Assembly (NCBI GenBank): GCA_964016885.1
Contig: OZ024741.1
Coordinates: 43,958,001 to 44,022,000 of the forward strand
DNA from: Eledone cirrhosa
Taxonomy: Eukaryota
Length of the DNA stretch: 64,000 nt
Direction of reading: 5' to 3'
Every line of letters starts with the position of its first letter. Within the stretch, counting starts at the first letter, position 1. This document shows, one piece after another, positions 38,845 through 53,337 of this stretch. A program made the position numbers and the translations under genes. The notes under the pieces are model-generated. The model worked only from the letters and a program-made list of their open reading frames with translations. It searched no databases and was not told where the DNA came from.

Positions 38845-39033
38845 TAATTGTTTCTACTTTAGGCACAAGGCCAGCAATTACCCAGTGCATTACTGGTACT
38901 TTATTTTATCGACCCCGTAAGGATGAAAGGCAAAGTCAACCTCGGCGGGATTTGAACTCAGATCGTAAAGGGACGTAACTATGCTGGAAAGCATGGCGTC
39001 CGACCCTCTACCGTTACTGCCAATCCACCGCCC
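38845..39033 (-). mobile_element. Full-length Nin-domain SINE with target-site duplication
   Basis: tttatttgcgataat on both sides (38834-38848, 39037-39051). Confidence 0.92.
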
Positions 39034-41789
39034 CTATTTATTTGCGATAATGCCATGATGCTGAACTTTCTTCAGGCGAAGTTACTGCCCAGTGAGGAAT
39101 TATTATAATTCTTATTTCTAAACATTTAGCAGATAGAAATTCCGTGTGCCAGAATTGTTTGACGAATGGAATAAAGAATATTTCATTCTCGTTGACTATT
39201 TAACTAAATAACGTTAAAGTGCGATGATGGCGTTCTTTGTAATGTTTACAGGTACAAGGACCTGACCAACATTTAAGAAAAATACATTAACCTCAATTTT
39301 CGGTGGTAGATTCCAGGAATGGGGACTATCAAATACACATGCCGAACATGTTTGGTATCCATTTACTAAAACAGTTGTACCACACTACATATACCGACGT
39401 GTATAAATTTCCATGTACAAATTGTAGGTTCTGGTTTATCAAACACGAGTATCTTTAGGTGTGAATAGGTTCCATGAATATAAAATATACAGATATAATT
39501 TCAGTTTTATTATGCACATGAGTCTATTGAATATATTTAATTTTCTTCGATACTAGCTTTATAGTAACTAGTGGGTGCAATGGTATTTGTACCCGACAAA
39601 GGATAACCGAATTTCTGTGGAAATATATTTCCTAATGTAAAACAAAAATAAACTTGGCTCTCTAAACATATGTGCAATATATGTTTCATAGACACAGAAT
39701 CATAAGATAATAGTTGCAGCTTAACCTTCCCTCTACACAAAGGAAGATACAGTACTATTTTTTACGTTATATTTCTGTTCAAAGTTATACTATTTAAACC
39801 AGTGTAATTTGCGGACCCAATTCATAATAAAATATTTACAAAAAACATACATTTTATTGTGGTACGCTATAGTTTAAAAAAAAAAAAATGTTATTATGCA
39901 CTAGGTCCGCATATTATACTGTATTTTAAAAGGCAATCGTACAATATATATGATAATTGCAGAAAATTACTCAGGGGCCTTTACTGCATGGACATGTAAT
40001 GCAAAGTGTGTAGTAGTATTACAAAATTATACGTCAGCATCTCATTATCTGAACAACGCTGAGGATTTTATTTCAATAGCATCGTTTTCTCTTATTTTGT
40101 CACGATATTAACTACACTTCGTAATTACAAATGCAATCTACTCGCGGTGATATTCCAATGATTGTCAACATTGCTGCTGCTGTTGTTGGTGAGGATGATG
40201 TTGAAGGTGAGGATGAGGAGAGGAGGTTCGTTATTCTTATCAAAAGCGCTATCAAGTATCTCTTGAACGACTTTGCTCATTAATCCTAAAATCACGTTTA
40301 GAATTTTCTCTCACCACTTGCCAGATATCCCAACTAATTATGTGTATTGTTTCCACATCGTATATGCTAACTTAGAATTCTATAAAGATACAGCTATACG
40401 ATTAATACAACATATATGTTTTTACCGATATTTTACTTTTAATAAAGTATTCATTCATTCAAGTAGCTTCAGGAAGTATATTCTCTAATGTGTTTGCATG
40501 CCTTACTTTATCTAAACATATTTCTATTATTTATTTGTAGATCCTTAGCTGATAATACTGTCTTTTCAATGAATATATGTCAATCTATCTTGTAGCTTTT
40601 AAGTTCCCTGATAGATTCATTTTCATCCATTCTCCTTTATAATATATAATTCATGTAACACTCTTTTATACGTATCTAAATTCACACTGTAACTAATTAT
40701 AAACGCTTCATGTGATAGCTTTCTTCCCTATATTTGATCATTACTCTTACTATATCGTAGGGAGCCTTCATAGTATCAGATTTAGATAAATGGCGCGCTG
40801 TAGATGATGTCCACACAATAGGTTATAGTTATTTTTTACAAGTTTAGCAGTTTCCTGACTAGTAATTTGCTTCCTAATTTCACTTCATTAATGCTTCTTT
40901 TATTTGTAACATGAAAAAGTAAAACGTGTCCTATTCATTGTAGTTATTTATTTAGATTCTGCTCATTTTTGCAACAATATTCCATAAATTGTCATTCATT
41001 GCACACATCCGTGGTATTTATTCAGTTATTTGTATTCGCATATAATTATCTCTCAAGGATTTTAAGGTGAAGTAAGATGGAAGATAGTTACATAGTTATA
41101 ATTTCATTATTTTTTAGTTTCAGTCGTTTAGGAACTATGTTGCATTATCGTGTTTGTTTTTAAGGAATATGATTGTTGTTACGTACACGTAATGTTGAAT
41201 GAATGCGTATTTTACTGAATGTGGTAAATATCGTGCATCCAATAGTACTTAACTGTCAATCCAATATGTATCTATCCATGTTCACTAATTAATGAAGCAT
41301 CAAGCAAGTACAAAAACCTTAAACGCATGAAAAATGTTCTTTAATATATAAGACTTTAAGCCAAGAAAAACAACTGATATGAATCATATCCTTGTTTACG
41401 ATGTGAAAAGATTTAGGCCTGAGATTATACAAAATAAAGGCATGGTTACTTTAGGACATCATATAACATATACTCCGCACTTTGAGGTGTGGATCCACAA
41501 GCATTCGAAAACCATTTTTGTTAATATATTATTTAAGATATCAAAGTATGACGTGCAAATTCGTGAAGCGTTCAATAACAGGGGAGGGAAGCCTAGTGGA
41601 ATGGGTGTTGTATTTACGATCATAATGTCGTGGATTCGAGTCCTGGCCTTGGTTGTGTGTTGTGTTCTTAAGCAAAACACCTCATTAGACATTGCTTCAT
41701 TATACTCAGCTGAAAAAGAGTAGTATATTATTTTCATTATTATTATCCGAGTCTCAGTCATTGATGTTATTTAACTGGAGAGTTTGCTC

Positions 41790-42360
41790 ATATGAATATC
41801 AAGTCGCTACCTACAGCCTCAGATATTCAGGATGTATCGGGAGGTTCTTGCTGTTCCCAGCAAGCATGCCTTTTGAAGTGTTAAAAAAAAACGGAGCCGG
41901 ACTAATGTTTTTTAATCATCCTTGAAAACTATTTGAGATAACACCTAGTGCTGCTATAACAATCGGGACGACCTTGATCTCATGACAGTCCCAAATCCTT
42001 TTTAATTCCCATTTTAAATCCTGGTATCGGTTAATTTTCTCCTTCTCCTGTTCTTGTATTCTCGTGTAAAAGGGTCAGGCTACATCTAAAATCCGGCACT
42101 ATCTTTTTTTCTTGTCAAAACCCACCAGGTCAGGCCTATTGTGTTCTAATTTCTTGTCCGTCTGTATCCTGACATTCCATAGCACCTTCACTGGATCACC
42201 GACTCTGGCTTATGCTCATACCAGTTCTCAGAATGTGGTAAATTGTTTAGTTTGCATACAAGCCAGTGCATCACATTTCCTACCCTATCATGTCCCCACC
42301 CTGGGCTAGGTGTTTACACTTTGATAAGATGTGAACCACAGTCCCCATTCTCAGATCCTA
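41790..42360 (-). mobile_element. Decayed 3' fragment of an RLE-type (R4/NeSL-like) non-LTR retrotransposon
   Basis: Minus frame reads VKVLWNVRIQTDKKLEHNRPDLVGFDK...EKEKINRYQDLK, matching the restriction-like endonuclease RPD motif. Confidence 0.75.
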
Positions 42361-42711
42361 CAAGAAATACTGCTATTATATATGAGATGTATATTCCCAT
42401 ACCTTATATAACATAGAGAACTTCTAAATATAATGAACATTATTTCTGATAATAGAGCCCTTAAAATATACATATATATTCACACGTCTGAAGTAGGGGT
42501 TATATCGAATTTTCGATTACCCTAGATAGATTTCAGTGGTCAAAAGAATATATAGATACTACGAGTATAAAATCTGGCATAAAGTGTGACATAAAATGGG
42601 TGGTTATAGATAATTGTTTGTAAATTTATCGGCAGAAATTCGAATACATGACCAGTGACATGTACATACATATACACACGCACATACATTTATATATATA
42701 TATATATATAT

Positions 42712-42899
42712 AATTGTTTCTACTTTTAGGCACAAGGCCAGCAATTACTCAGTGCATTACTGGTACTTTATTTTATCGACCCCGTAAGGATGAAAGGCAA
42801 AGTCAACCTCGGCGGGATTTGAACTCAGATTGTAAAGGGACGTAACTATACTGCAAAGCATGGCATCCGACCCTCTACCGATACTGCCAAGCCACCGCC
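42712..42899 (-). mobile_element. Nin-domain SINE in a (TA)n tract
   Basis: Full family sequence flanked by TA runs. Confidence 0.9.
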
Positions 42900-42985
42900 T
42901 TATATATATATATAATACTTCCACACTCCGTTTCCACCCTGCCCAGCTCCTCAATCTTTCAAATCTTCTTCACTTTCTCATTATT

Positions 42986-43021
42986 TCTTCTGATGAAGGA
43001 GTAGCGTCTGAAACGTTAAGA
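42986..43021 (+). ncRNA. Minimal type I hammerhead in a short repeat family (decayed copies near 11583 and 56256)
   Basis: tctt-CTGATGA-agga-gtagcg-tct-GAAA-CG-TT-aaga; shared downstream cctgctattt.aagcgtta. Confidence 0.7.
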
Positions 43022-43172
43022 CCTCTTCCTGCTATTTGAAGCGTTAGACTGATATGTTCCTTCCATATATTCTGCCATTTGTTTTGTTATTTCTCTTATT
43101 TCTGTTTATCTTTTACATACCATAATATATATGTATGTGTGGGGATTTTTATATGTATACACACATACTTAC

Positions 43173-43243
<71 letters not shown>

Positions 43244-45839
43244 TATATGATATATACTTATATATATATATATATCATTTATATATATATATCACTTATA
43301 TATATATATATATATATATCACTTATATATATATATATCACTTATATATATATATATCATTTATATATATATATCACATATATATATATCATTTATATAT
43401 ATATATCACTTATATATATATATCATATATATATATATATATATATGATATATACTTAACATGTTCCAGGATAGTACATGGTTGAATGTTATCTAGAATT
43501 TATTATTTTCAGTTAGAAGCATTTATCTAATCTGTGAAATGTCAGCCACTTCACAACCTGCATCAATTTTCAATGAATCTTTTGAAATTCCTCCTCTCAA
43601 TATTTAGTTCTATGCAAATAAACCAGTAATAAACTAGACACAGATTTATGAAATATGCATCGCGTTTTTGTTATATCAACTTGGATTGTTTCCACAGGGC
43701 ATATATTTTACGTATCTGTTAGTAACAACAGCGGATGTTTTCAATTTAAGAAACAGACATTCTATTCCTGGTGGTTATTGAAATGCAAATACTGTTCTGA
43801 AGTGTGTAAGGAATATAAATAGGAATAATACACACCTAGGGCTTGTAGATATTTGATTTGGATGTCAGCAGTGCTTCGGGAATTGAAGGAATATGAATAT
43901 ATACGGAACACGGTTTCAAAATGGCTGAATGTGTATTAAATATTTTCTGGTATAGCTAATGTGACATATTTTGATTCGTTAAAATAAATACCTGTTTAGG
44001 AAACAAATACCGTTTTCAATCTTAGTGAATGAATTTGTTCTACTGGAATGAAACAAGATCGGTCACTCGGAATGTAAATCATTAGACAGCAAATTCCAGA
44101 GACAAATCTGCAGGCATTTGCATAGGGCTGCCTAATGTGCTCTAAAATGCATGTATAAACAGTGACAGATAAATCCATCCTATGCTGGTCGAATTCATTT
44201 GTCTTTACCTCAATATAAAGGATGGAATTGAAGGATCATACATCAGTTTTTATGATGAGCCTTTCGATCAACAGAGCTGTCTTGCCAACCATTGTCTACG
44301 CCCTTCCACACATCTTTCACTGCTATGGACATCGCACCTTCTGGAAATAGGCTTTCCGCTAGAACATGTAGAACAACGATTTGTAACCCGAGTAAATTCT
44401 TACCCCAGGAAAAAAAAAAGTATTGTAGGAACATATTTTTGATTTCAAATGAGGAAATTGATTTAGACAGAAATTATCATTAGAGAAACCCACAATGTTT
44501 TTTGAGATGTAATTCCTTCACATTTGTTTGATTGGTTAGATATAATTTTAAATAAATATTATATGAAATGTTCCTATATTGTTTCCGAATCCCAGAGGCA
44601 TATCAGGCCATGGCTTATCCCAGGGACTAACAGTACAAACCCCCAGCTTGAAGGATCACCAATACCTTTCAGGGTTAAACCCAGCCATTTCTAGTACTTA
44701 TATATTTCAGTTCAATGAACGGGACATGGAAGTGTCTCGCTCAAGTGTATAAACTCAAGCACCAAATGAAATCGAACACACAACCATACGATCGTAAGCC
44801 CAACTTCCTCTCCACTAGATCTCAGGCTTTCATGATATTAAATAAACTATCATGCCATAAATTGTATGGTATACATCTGAACTCCTTTCTGATCCCATAT
44901 AGTAGACGTTGGGATGTTGAGGGAGAGGAATGGAAAGATAGGTTATCATAAAATCGACTGATACGTGTTGTTTGGTATAACGCACTGAGAACAGTAATGT
45001 AGGAACAAGAATTACAAGAACAGCAAGAACAACAAGAACAACATCAGACACAGCAGCGACAAGAAGAAGAAGAAGAAGAAGACGACGACAATGATGATGA
45101 TGATGATCCCCGGACTTAACATCATGGCCACCTATATCAAGGATACCCGCAAGATTTTAAGTAATCCATTAACATTGTTAAATCAAAAACAAAACAAATA
45201 AATTAATCTGCTCAGAAAAGAAGACGAATGTGATAGTGGAGAACCAAGTGAACCTTAACAAAATTATATTTTATGTGTACGTTGCGTCCATCTTATGAAT
45301 TTCATTTTTTTTAACTAAGAAACGCATGCGACCGATGCAACCAGATAAACATGCCACGACACACATAGAGAGCTTAAGCATCAGCAATAAATCAAAAGAG
45401 ATAAAACCCAACGAAAACCAATGAATGCAAGCAACACACATATCATTTATATATGTATTGACTGTTAACGTACCACGAATGTATGCATTATGAAAACACG
45501 TGTGGGACGAATGATGCATCGAGGGACAAAGCGATCAATCACGGACGAATACACAAAGAAAACAACAACAAAAAAAACTAAAAATGAAACAAATAAACAG
45601 AGTTTAACTCAGCAGAAATCGAATAATAATACATTGAATTTAACAAAAAATAGGAAGAGCTGTACATGGAAAATGTAAAATATAGAAACATTAATACCCG
45701 TACCCAACAAAAATGATGATATTTTAAATGAAGGGCGGGACGTTACATCTGATGCGCTACAAATGAAACAAAAACAAACACACAAATGCACACGAGAGGA
45801 ATATATTTCTATTATATATTTTACGGCAACACAGTAACC

Positions 45840-45912
45840 ATTCAATGAAAACACAACAGTACACATTCAATGAAAACACAACAGTACACATTCAATGAAA
45901 CCACAACAGTAT
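45840..45912. repeat. 25 bp tandem repeat, 3 copies
   Basis: cattcaatgaaaacacaacagtaca repeated. Confidence 0.9.
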
Positions 45913-46603
45913 ACACTGATAGAATCTGAGAGAAAAATATCCCACGCCTTAATTTAAATCTCCACTCCAAAAAACATACGAATATAAAATATGTATCAAA
46001 TCAAAACAATATCAGAAATTGAAACAGAGAATATATAACGAGAACACACATAGCGAAAGCAAAACAAATGAGGAAACAGAAATTAAACTAATTAACCTTT
46101 AAACCATGGTGATATAACAAACGTATCCAAAATAGATAAAGTACAGATCAAGAAATAACCAACCCTCACCCGAGAAGACATACTGTATACAAATGAAAGG
46201 AAATATGTGGAGTAACATATAGGTATATAGAATAAAGATGGAAATAATTCAAGAACTCCAAACACAGGAGGTTACCACTATCAACGAAAGTTATCCCCTC
46301 TCCCACACGAAAAATAAAATTCAATGGAGGAATAGCAACAATTATAAAAGCATAAAAGCTGCTCAACTGGCATCATAGACTTAATTAGTACAAATAAAAA
46401 CATTAGAAACACAAGACTAAATAACATAATATATACAGCAGCCATAGTCGTTACAAAAGAAAGGGTGTATCCACCTAGATATACACAAACACGGAGATCA
46501 AAGATATAAAATAAGACAAGTCCTCTCAGTCTTAAATGAAATAGGAAAGAAAACAGCACAAGTAGAAAAAGTGAAAAATATAAATATAAAAAAAAATATA
46601 ATC

Positions 46604-47778
46604 CAGGTTTGTTCAGTTCTTTGGGGATATGTCTTATAATAGCTCTAACCTTTTCCTAACTTTTTCTGATTATCATTTATTTTCACATAAGTGATAAAAG
46701 ACTTCAAGCTAACTTAGCAAATGAAAAAAAACACGCTGTAATTTTTGCCTTAAATCCAGAACATTATCGTTTTGAAATTACTTGTTTCCTGCAAATTGTA
46801 CACTCATTTGTTGTCAAATCCTGCAAAGAGCTGAAAAGTCCTTGCGTGCATTCTCCAGTAGTAGCTAAACGTAAAACGGTTGTTAAGTTTTTCTAATACT
46901 ATCAGAAGACCCACATCTGTACAAATGCTGCGGTAAATTATCAATAAAATGCCATTTCTAAAGAGCTCAAAATTTCAAGGCTCACTATCACAAGAATTGT
47001 TCATGATGACCTTCGATACAAGTTATATATTATGTGGCGAGGCTTATTCATATGTGTATGAAAAAAAGATAACTGTCTGATACTCACCAAGTGTTTAGTG
47101 AGCAGGTTGAATCATCAAGAGCCTGGTATGCATTTTTTTGATGCTAAGATTTTTTTCTGTTAACTTTGATCAGAACCTAACGTTTAACCGAAAGAATGTT
47201 AGATGGTTATACAGGGGCCTAAAACACATTCTCCGGGTACTGTGAGGGTTGTGATAGTCGTGAACAACGGCAACGATGTCATGCCTCCACACTTTTTTCT
47301 CGGGGTTTAAGGGACGATGCTACTGATTAAAATTAGGTGATGGAAAGAATTGTGACGACATGAGCAAACAGCGTGTGCAAAAACAGTCCGTCAACCTAGC
47401 AACAAAATTCTGCGTCCTCTCATGAGGACATGATGCTACAAGAGTGAATGAGTTACATCCTCCTTTATCACGTCACTTCAACATATACCCTCCTCGTTCT
47501 CCAGAAATTAATCCTTGGACTACTACGTATGGGGTGTAGTCGAAAGGGAATCTTATGTCACCAGAAATTCTATTAAGTACTGACTCAGGCGTATCAATGT
47601 TTCAGAAGTCGTATTAAAGACGTTATTGTTGTTAACAGTGGGTCAATGAATAGGTGTGTAAAAGATAATCTCAAGATTATTCATGCCCATTTTGTCTCAA
47701 ATGAAACTATTCTGTCATAACGCATGCGTATTTTAATAAATTCATGCAACTGTCCCCCCAATGAACTGAGCAAGTCTG
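46604..47778 (+). mobile_element. Decayed Tc1/mariner-superfamily DNA transposon (maT/DD37D-like)
   Basis: Frameshifted PPRSPEINP(L)DYYVWGVVE near 47490-47545 and QQNSASSH near 47400; imperfect TIRs caggtttgttcagttctttgggga / tccccccaatgaactgagcaagtctg. Confidence 0.75.
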
Positions 47779-48095
47779 TATAATAGAAGCTGAAATCATT
47801 GAGACAACATGGCCAATACACAACATTTACAAAACTGTTAACAAAGCAATGGGCTCTAAGTGTCGAGACTGAAGTATTTCAAATTGTAGCACAAGAGCTA
47901 AGTCTCATCATAACCCACCAATAATAGACAATAAAGGAGAACACAGTCAGTAACAGCAGATTATGTAAAGGTTGGGAAAAAACAACTAACCATATTTTCC
48001 TTGTGTAGTCTAAACCAGAGAGGGGATTTACATGCACTGGAATTTATAACAACAGTAAAAATGTTGTACAAACTTACACTAGAAAATGAGTCAGA

Positions 48096-48940
48096 GTTGA
48101 AAGGCAAAGTCAACCTCGGCGGGATTTGAACTCAGATCGTAAAGGGACGTAACTATGCTGGAAAGCATGGCGTCCGACCCTCTACCGATACTGCCAATCC
48201 ACAAAAAATAATGGTTTATGATTTAGGCACAAGGCCAACAATTTTATGGGGAGGGAAAGTCGAATAAATCGAACCAGTACGTTGCTGGTACGTTAGTTTA
48301 TCAATCCTGTAAGGATGTAAGGCAAAGCTATGCTCGGCGGGATTTGAATTCAGAACGTAAAGGAAGGTACCTATATTCCACAACACATTTTGCACGACAC
48401 TCTACCGATACAACTAATTCAGCGCCCTATTAATAACATTTCTATTTAGTCATAAGGCAATCATTAGAGGAAAGTCAATTCAATCGGCCCCTGTACTGGA
48501 ATTGTAGTATACTGTATGGATCTGGAAAAGATGAAAGCCAAAGTTGAGTTCGGCAGAATTTGGACTCAGATAATAATCAGAGTAAATATTGTAAAACATG
48601 TGTCTGTCTCTCTACCGACTCTGCTAATACACCTCCCTAACAACAACAGTGATAATAGCAATTATTCATATATCTTAACTGGAGTGAAATGTCGATTAAA
48701 TATACCTCAGTAAGTGACTATTTTTTTAATCAACCCTGTCAGAGTTGGTATCGTAGCGGATTTGACCACATAAGCTAATAATTAGAAACATGTCTAAAAG
48801 CATTTTGATCAATGCCCTATCAATTCTGCCACATAATCGCTTGAAACTACAATAATACGTATTTCTAATTTACGCCGAAAATCAGCAACATTCTGGAAAG
48901 GCGAAATCGATTAAATTAAACTCAGTACTTGAGTGGTACT
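48096..48940 (-). mobile_element. Cluster of progressively older Nin-domain SINE copies
   Basis: Young fragment 48096-48202, then diverged copies at 48215-48428, about 48435-48635 and beyond. Confidence 0.7.
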
Positions 48941-50786
48941 TTATGTATCAACAACAATATATTGAAAGACAACAATAATTTCCGTGTGATTAGAACTTAG
49001 AAAAAACAGAAACAAATACTGCACAACAATTTCTCCGAAGTTATAACGATTTTGCCAATAAAGTACTATGGCAAAAGTGTCTCTCCCGTCTCCTTTACTA
49101 TCTATATTTCTTCTGATCCATTTAGCACATAGTGCGATTCTGATGCACATCATTGCAATTTTGCTTTTCACTATTTTGTTCGTCTACGTTTATAGAAATA
49201 ATAGAATTAGAGCGAGCTATTATAATCCAGATATGGATTTTCTTGTTTGCTACAAATATACAGATATTGTTTCAGAATCAATTGTTGTCAGTGTTTCTTT
49301 GTATAGTTCAAAGGTCAAAGTTAAATTAAAAATAATTCTTCGTTCAATTTATTCTTTCAATCAATAGTTGCGTGTATAATTTGAAGGTGAATTTAGTATA
49401 GAGTTAATGCGAAATGTTAACATATATTGAGCTATGAAGCTTAGTAAACCTTTTTATGAGAGTGTATAGCTCTTGTTGTTTGTGTTCAATATGCTAAATA
49501 AGGAATTCTACACAGAAAAAAAAAAAGATTTCCTCTTGGGAGTCGTATTGATACATTCCACTATCTCTGAATCTATTTGGCTTGGGAAGCAAGGAGATAG
49601 AATTTAAAAGCTTCGACATAAAACTATCAAATAGTGGCTGGTATTTCTGTATGTCTATTGATTAAAAGGAATGTTTCATTCGATAATAGTACTTTGATTA
49701 TTCGCCATGTTCAACATCGCCATGTTTATTGTTATACACAGCACGGCCACAATGACAACAACCCTATCTTTTAACACAGTTTTAAAGTAGATGGGAACTA
49801 AACAAAGAATCCTCAAAATTCCGAAGGAAATCCTTCTAAAAATATAGAATTGCAACGGTTATTTCTTGCTTCAATATATATATATAATGTAACAGCTAAC
49901 TGTAATCTTAATCGTATCTTCATTTGTTAAATACAAATCCGCATGAAAGCGCTTCTGGTTCGACGATAGAAATGTGTTTATATTTGTCTCAACATATTCT
50001 ATCATAATTTTATACGAGAACATTTTATTTATAGATTACAAAGACCAGCACAAAAATGAGATAGTGGCTTAATTAAATCCCTTTGAATTCTTGATTATTT
50101 TCGAAATCAATTGCAAAGCGTAGGCAGAGACATTCATTAGAAATATGGTAACAAAAGGATTAATGTACTTAATTAATGTTTTTACTTTATTCTTATAGGA
50201 TTCAAATCAAATGTTGGAGAACCATGTTGTTGTCAAATACAGAAAAAATGAAATTTTCTACAAAATATTCAATGCTATTTATTTATGATAAACCAGGCAC
50301 AGTATTATTATTTAAAAAAATAAAAGAGGTTATAGTTTTGGAAAAAAATATCAAAAGAAATTATCTGAAATCTTTGGTAGCAGATATCTGATTTTGGTTG
50401 TCAAAGATGCTAATAAATTGTCCAGTCTTGCTTAAAGCTATCCATGTTTCTCTTTACACAGAAGAAAGATTATTCTTAAATCTTTATTTATTTCACAAAT
50501 TTCTTTCACGTATGATATTCACAATTAATTACATATTTATCCAAATGCTTTTATTTTATATATTGTATTTGTCTTTTAATTAAGAACAGATTATTTAAAT
50601 ATTTCTAGTGAGAATAAACATGCTGAGTTAAAGAGACTGTTACAATTGATCCGTAAAAGCCACATAGTAATGGTGATCATTACATTATATGAATATTCTA
50701 TGCAGCTCAACTGTATTGGCAATAGTTATGTAACTATATAAATGCTCTGAAGACTAGGATTTTAATTACATGTTTAAACATTCTCT

Positions 50787-50835
50787 ATGCTCCGATGATA
50801 TCAGACATCCGTCTGGAAGAAACAATTGTCGGCAT
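50787..50835 (+). ncRNA. Type I hammerhead, core CCGATGA
   Basis: atgct-CCGATGA-ta-tcagac-atcc-gtctgg-aa-GAAAC-AATT-GTC-ggcat. Confidence 0.65.
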
Positions 50836-51127
50836 TTAAATGTATTAAACTAAGATTTGATTGTTTCATATTTTGTTATAAATATATATATATTTCCTAA
50901 TGATTTCCTTCGAATGAAACAGTTCTAGTCCCGTAGAAGCTATTTCTATATTAAACATTATATACTCTGCTATGCATTGAGTACCTTACTTACTGTGATT
51001 ACCCCAGATGGACCCTGGGATACATACACAGACACACATATACATATATGCATATATATATATATGTGTGTGTGTGCGCGCGCGCGCGCGTGTATATATA
51101 TATGTGTATATAAATATATATATATAT

Positions 51128-51982
51128 ATATATGCCAATCTGTTGAACGGTAAAAATATATAGTATTTTCTTAATCATGCATCGGGTGGGTATCCTCATT
51201 TGCATACGGAACGTGTTACGGCCGTCGTTGCCGAATATTAAAAATAAAATTAGAATTTTATTTTTTCACCCTAGTACTGCTGATACATGAATGTAAGTAT
51301 GCACACGTACACATTCACATGTATATACACACACACACATATGCAGATATGTACGTATGGGTTATATCGGACATTAATAAAAATACTCGATTCGTTTATA
51401 AACAAACGGCCCGATTTGAAGCTGTGTCGTGTCGGTGATCGTCACCTACTTACAAACAGGTTTTGAGAAATAATCAACATGTTTCTCACCAGTACCCTTC
51501 ATCGGGACTGTATGCCTCTGCCAGTCTCTTGAACCGTTGAACATATATAGTATTTTCTTAAGTACACATCTTCTGAGATGCCTTATTTGCATACCTTGCC
51601 TAATATTGAAAATAAAAATAAAATTGTATCTCTCGCCATAGCACAGCTAATACATGAATTTAAGTATGCGTACGTACACACATATATATACACACATATA
51701 CATATATTTAATGTATAATAAAAAACACAGTATAATTACTTCATTACCCGAGGTTTCCTGAAACGACGAAGACAAGAGACGTCCTCATTCGTTATTCAGA
51801 TAATGCAAGCAATATTGCCTTATCTGACGAACGAATACGGACGTCTTGTGTTCGTCGTGTTCAGGAAACCTCGGGTAATAAGGTAATTATACTATGTTTT
51901 TTATTATACATTAAATAAATTTAGCTCTGTTACTTACATAGACACGCTTCATTCTTTTTAATTGTTCACGGAAACTTCAACA

Positions 51983-52046
<64 letters not shown>

Positions 52047-52051
52047 TATAG

Positions 52052-52134
<83 letters not shown>

Positions 52135-52992
52135 TGTTGAAGTTTCCGTGAACAAGTAAAAAGAATGAAGCGTGTCTATGTAAGTAACAGAGATAAATTT
52201 ATTTAATGTATAATAAAAAAACATAGTATAATTACCTTATTACCCGAGGTTTCCTGAACACGACGAACACAAGACGTCGGCATTCGTTCGTCAGATAAGG
52301 CAATATTGCATGCATTATCTGACTAACGAATGAGGACGTCTCTGGTCTTCGTACTTTCAGGAAACCTCGGGTAATGAAGTAATTATACTGTGTTTTTTAT
52401 TATACATTAAATATATATATATGTGTGTATATATATGTGTGTACGTACGCATACTTAAATTCATGTACTAGCTGTGCTATGGCGAGAGATACAATTTTAT
52501 TTTTATTTTCAATATTAGGCAAAGTATGCAAATAAGGCATCTCAGAAGATGTGTACTTAAGAAAATACTATATATGTTCAACGGTTCAAGAGACTGGCAG
52601 AGGCATACAGTTCCGATGAAGGGTACTGGTGAGAAACATGTTGATTATTTCTCAAAACCAGTTTGTAAGTAGGTGACGATCACCGACACGACACAGCTTC
52701 AAATCGGGCCGTTTGTTTATAAACGAATCGAGTATTTTTATTAATGTCCGATATAACCCATACGTACATATCTGTATATGTGTGTGTGTGTATATACATG
52801 TGAATGTGTACGTGTGCATACTTACATTTATGTATCAGCAGTACTAGGGTGAAAAAATAAAATTCTAATTTTATTTTTAATATTCGGCAACGACGGCCGT
52901 AACACGTTCCGTATGCAAATGAGGATACCCACGCGATGCATGATTAAGAAAATACTATATATTTTCAACAGTTCAACAGATTGGCATATATA
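51128..52992. repeat. Large nested palindrome, about 860 bp arms, centred on (TA)n 51985-52131
   Basis: Arms near-identical; each arm contains an inner hairpin (51703-51915, 52200-52415) and tandem units. Confidence 0.96.
51815..51886 (+). ncRNA. Type I hammerhead with 9 bp stem I (mirror 52232-52303 minus; decayed copies 51736-51806 minus, 52313-52382 plus)
   Basis: ttgccttat-CTGACGA-acgaatac..gtgttcgt-cgtgttcag-GAAAC-CTCGG-GTA-ataaggtaa. Confidence 0.75.
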
Positions 52993-53033
52993 CAGTCCTG
53001 ATGAAGCGTAATGAACCTGAAACATGTTGATTG
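52993..53033 (+). ncRNA. Minimal type I hammerhead (diverged tandem copy 52608-52647, 385 bp upstream)
   Basis: cagtc-CTGATGA-ag..ct-GAAAC-AT-GTT-gattg. Confidence 0.75.
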
Positions 53034-53294
53034 TCCCTTAAGGGCCAGTTTATATCAAGCAGGTGACGAATGCTTATAAATCAGGCCGCTTGTTTATAAA
53101 CGAATCCAGCATTATTTTTAATATACGAACAGTAGTATGTATATATATACATACATGCACACATATATATATGTACGTATGGGTTTACCGAACATTTATT
53201 ATAATGTTCGGTTTGTTTGTAAACAAACAGCTCGAATTACGCCGTACAGTGCTCGGCAACCATCGTCGCCGTTTTGTTCAACACTTACATAGGA

Positions 53295-53337
53295 ACGATG
53301 TACTAGTTTCAAGCTTATTAGCTATTGTCAGCATCGT
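53295..53337 (-). ncRNA. Hammerhead of the 30268 family, core G8 mutated
   Basis: acgatg-CTGACAA-tagctaataagctt-GAAAC-TA-GTA-catcgt; compensatory stem I pair relative to 30268. Confidence 0.75.
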
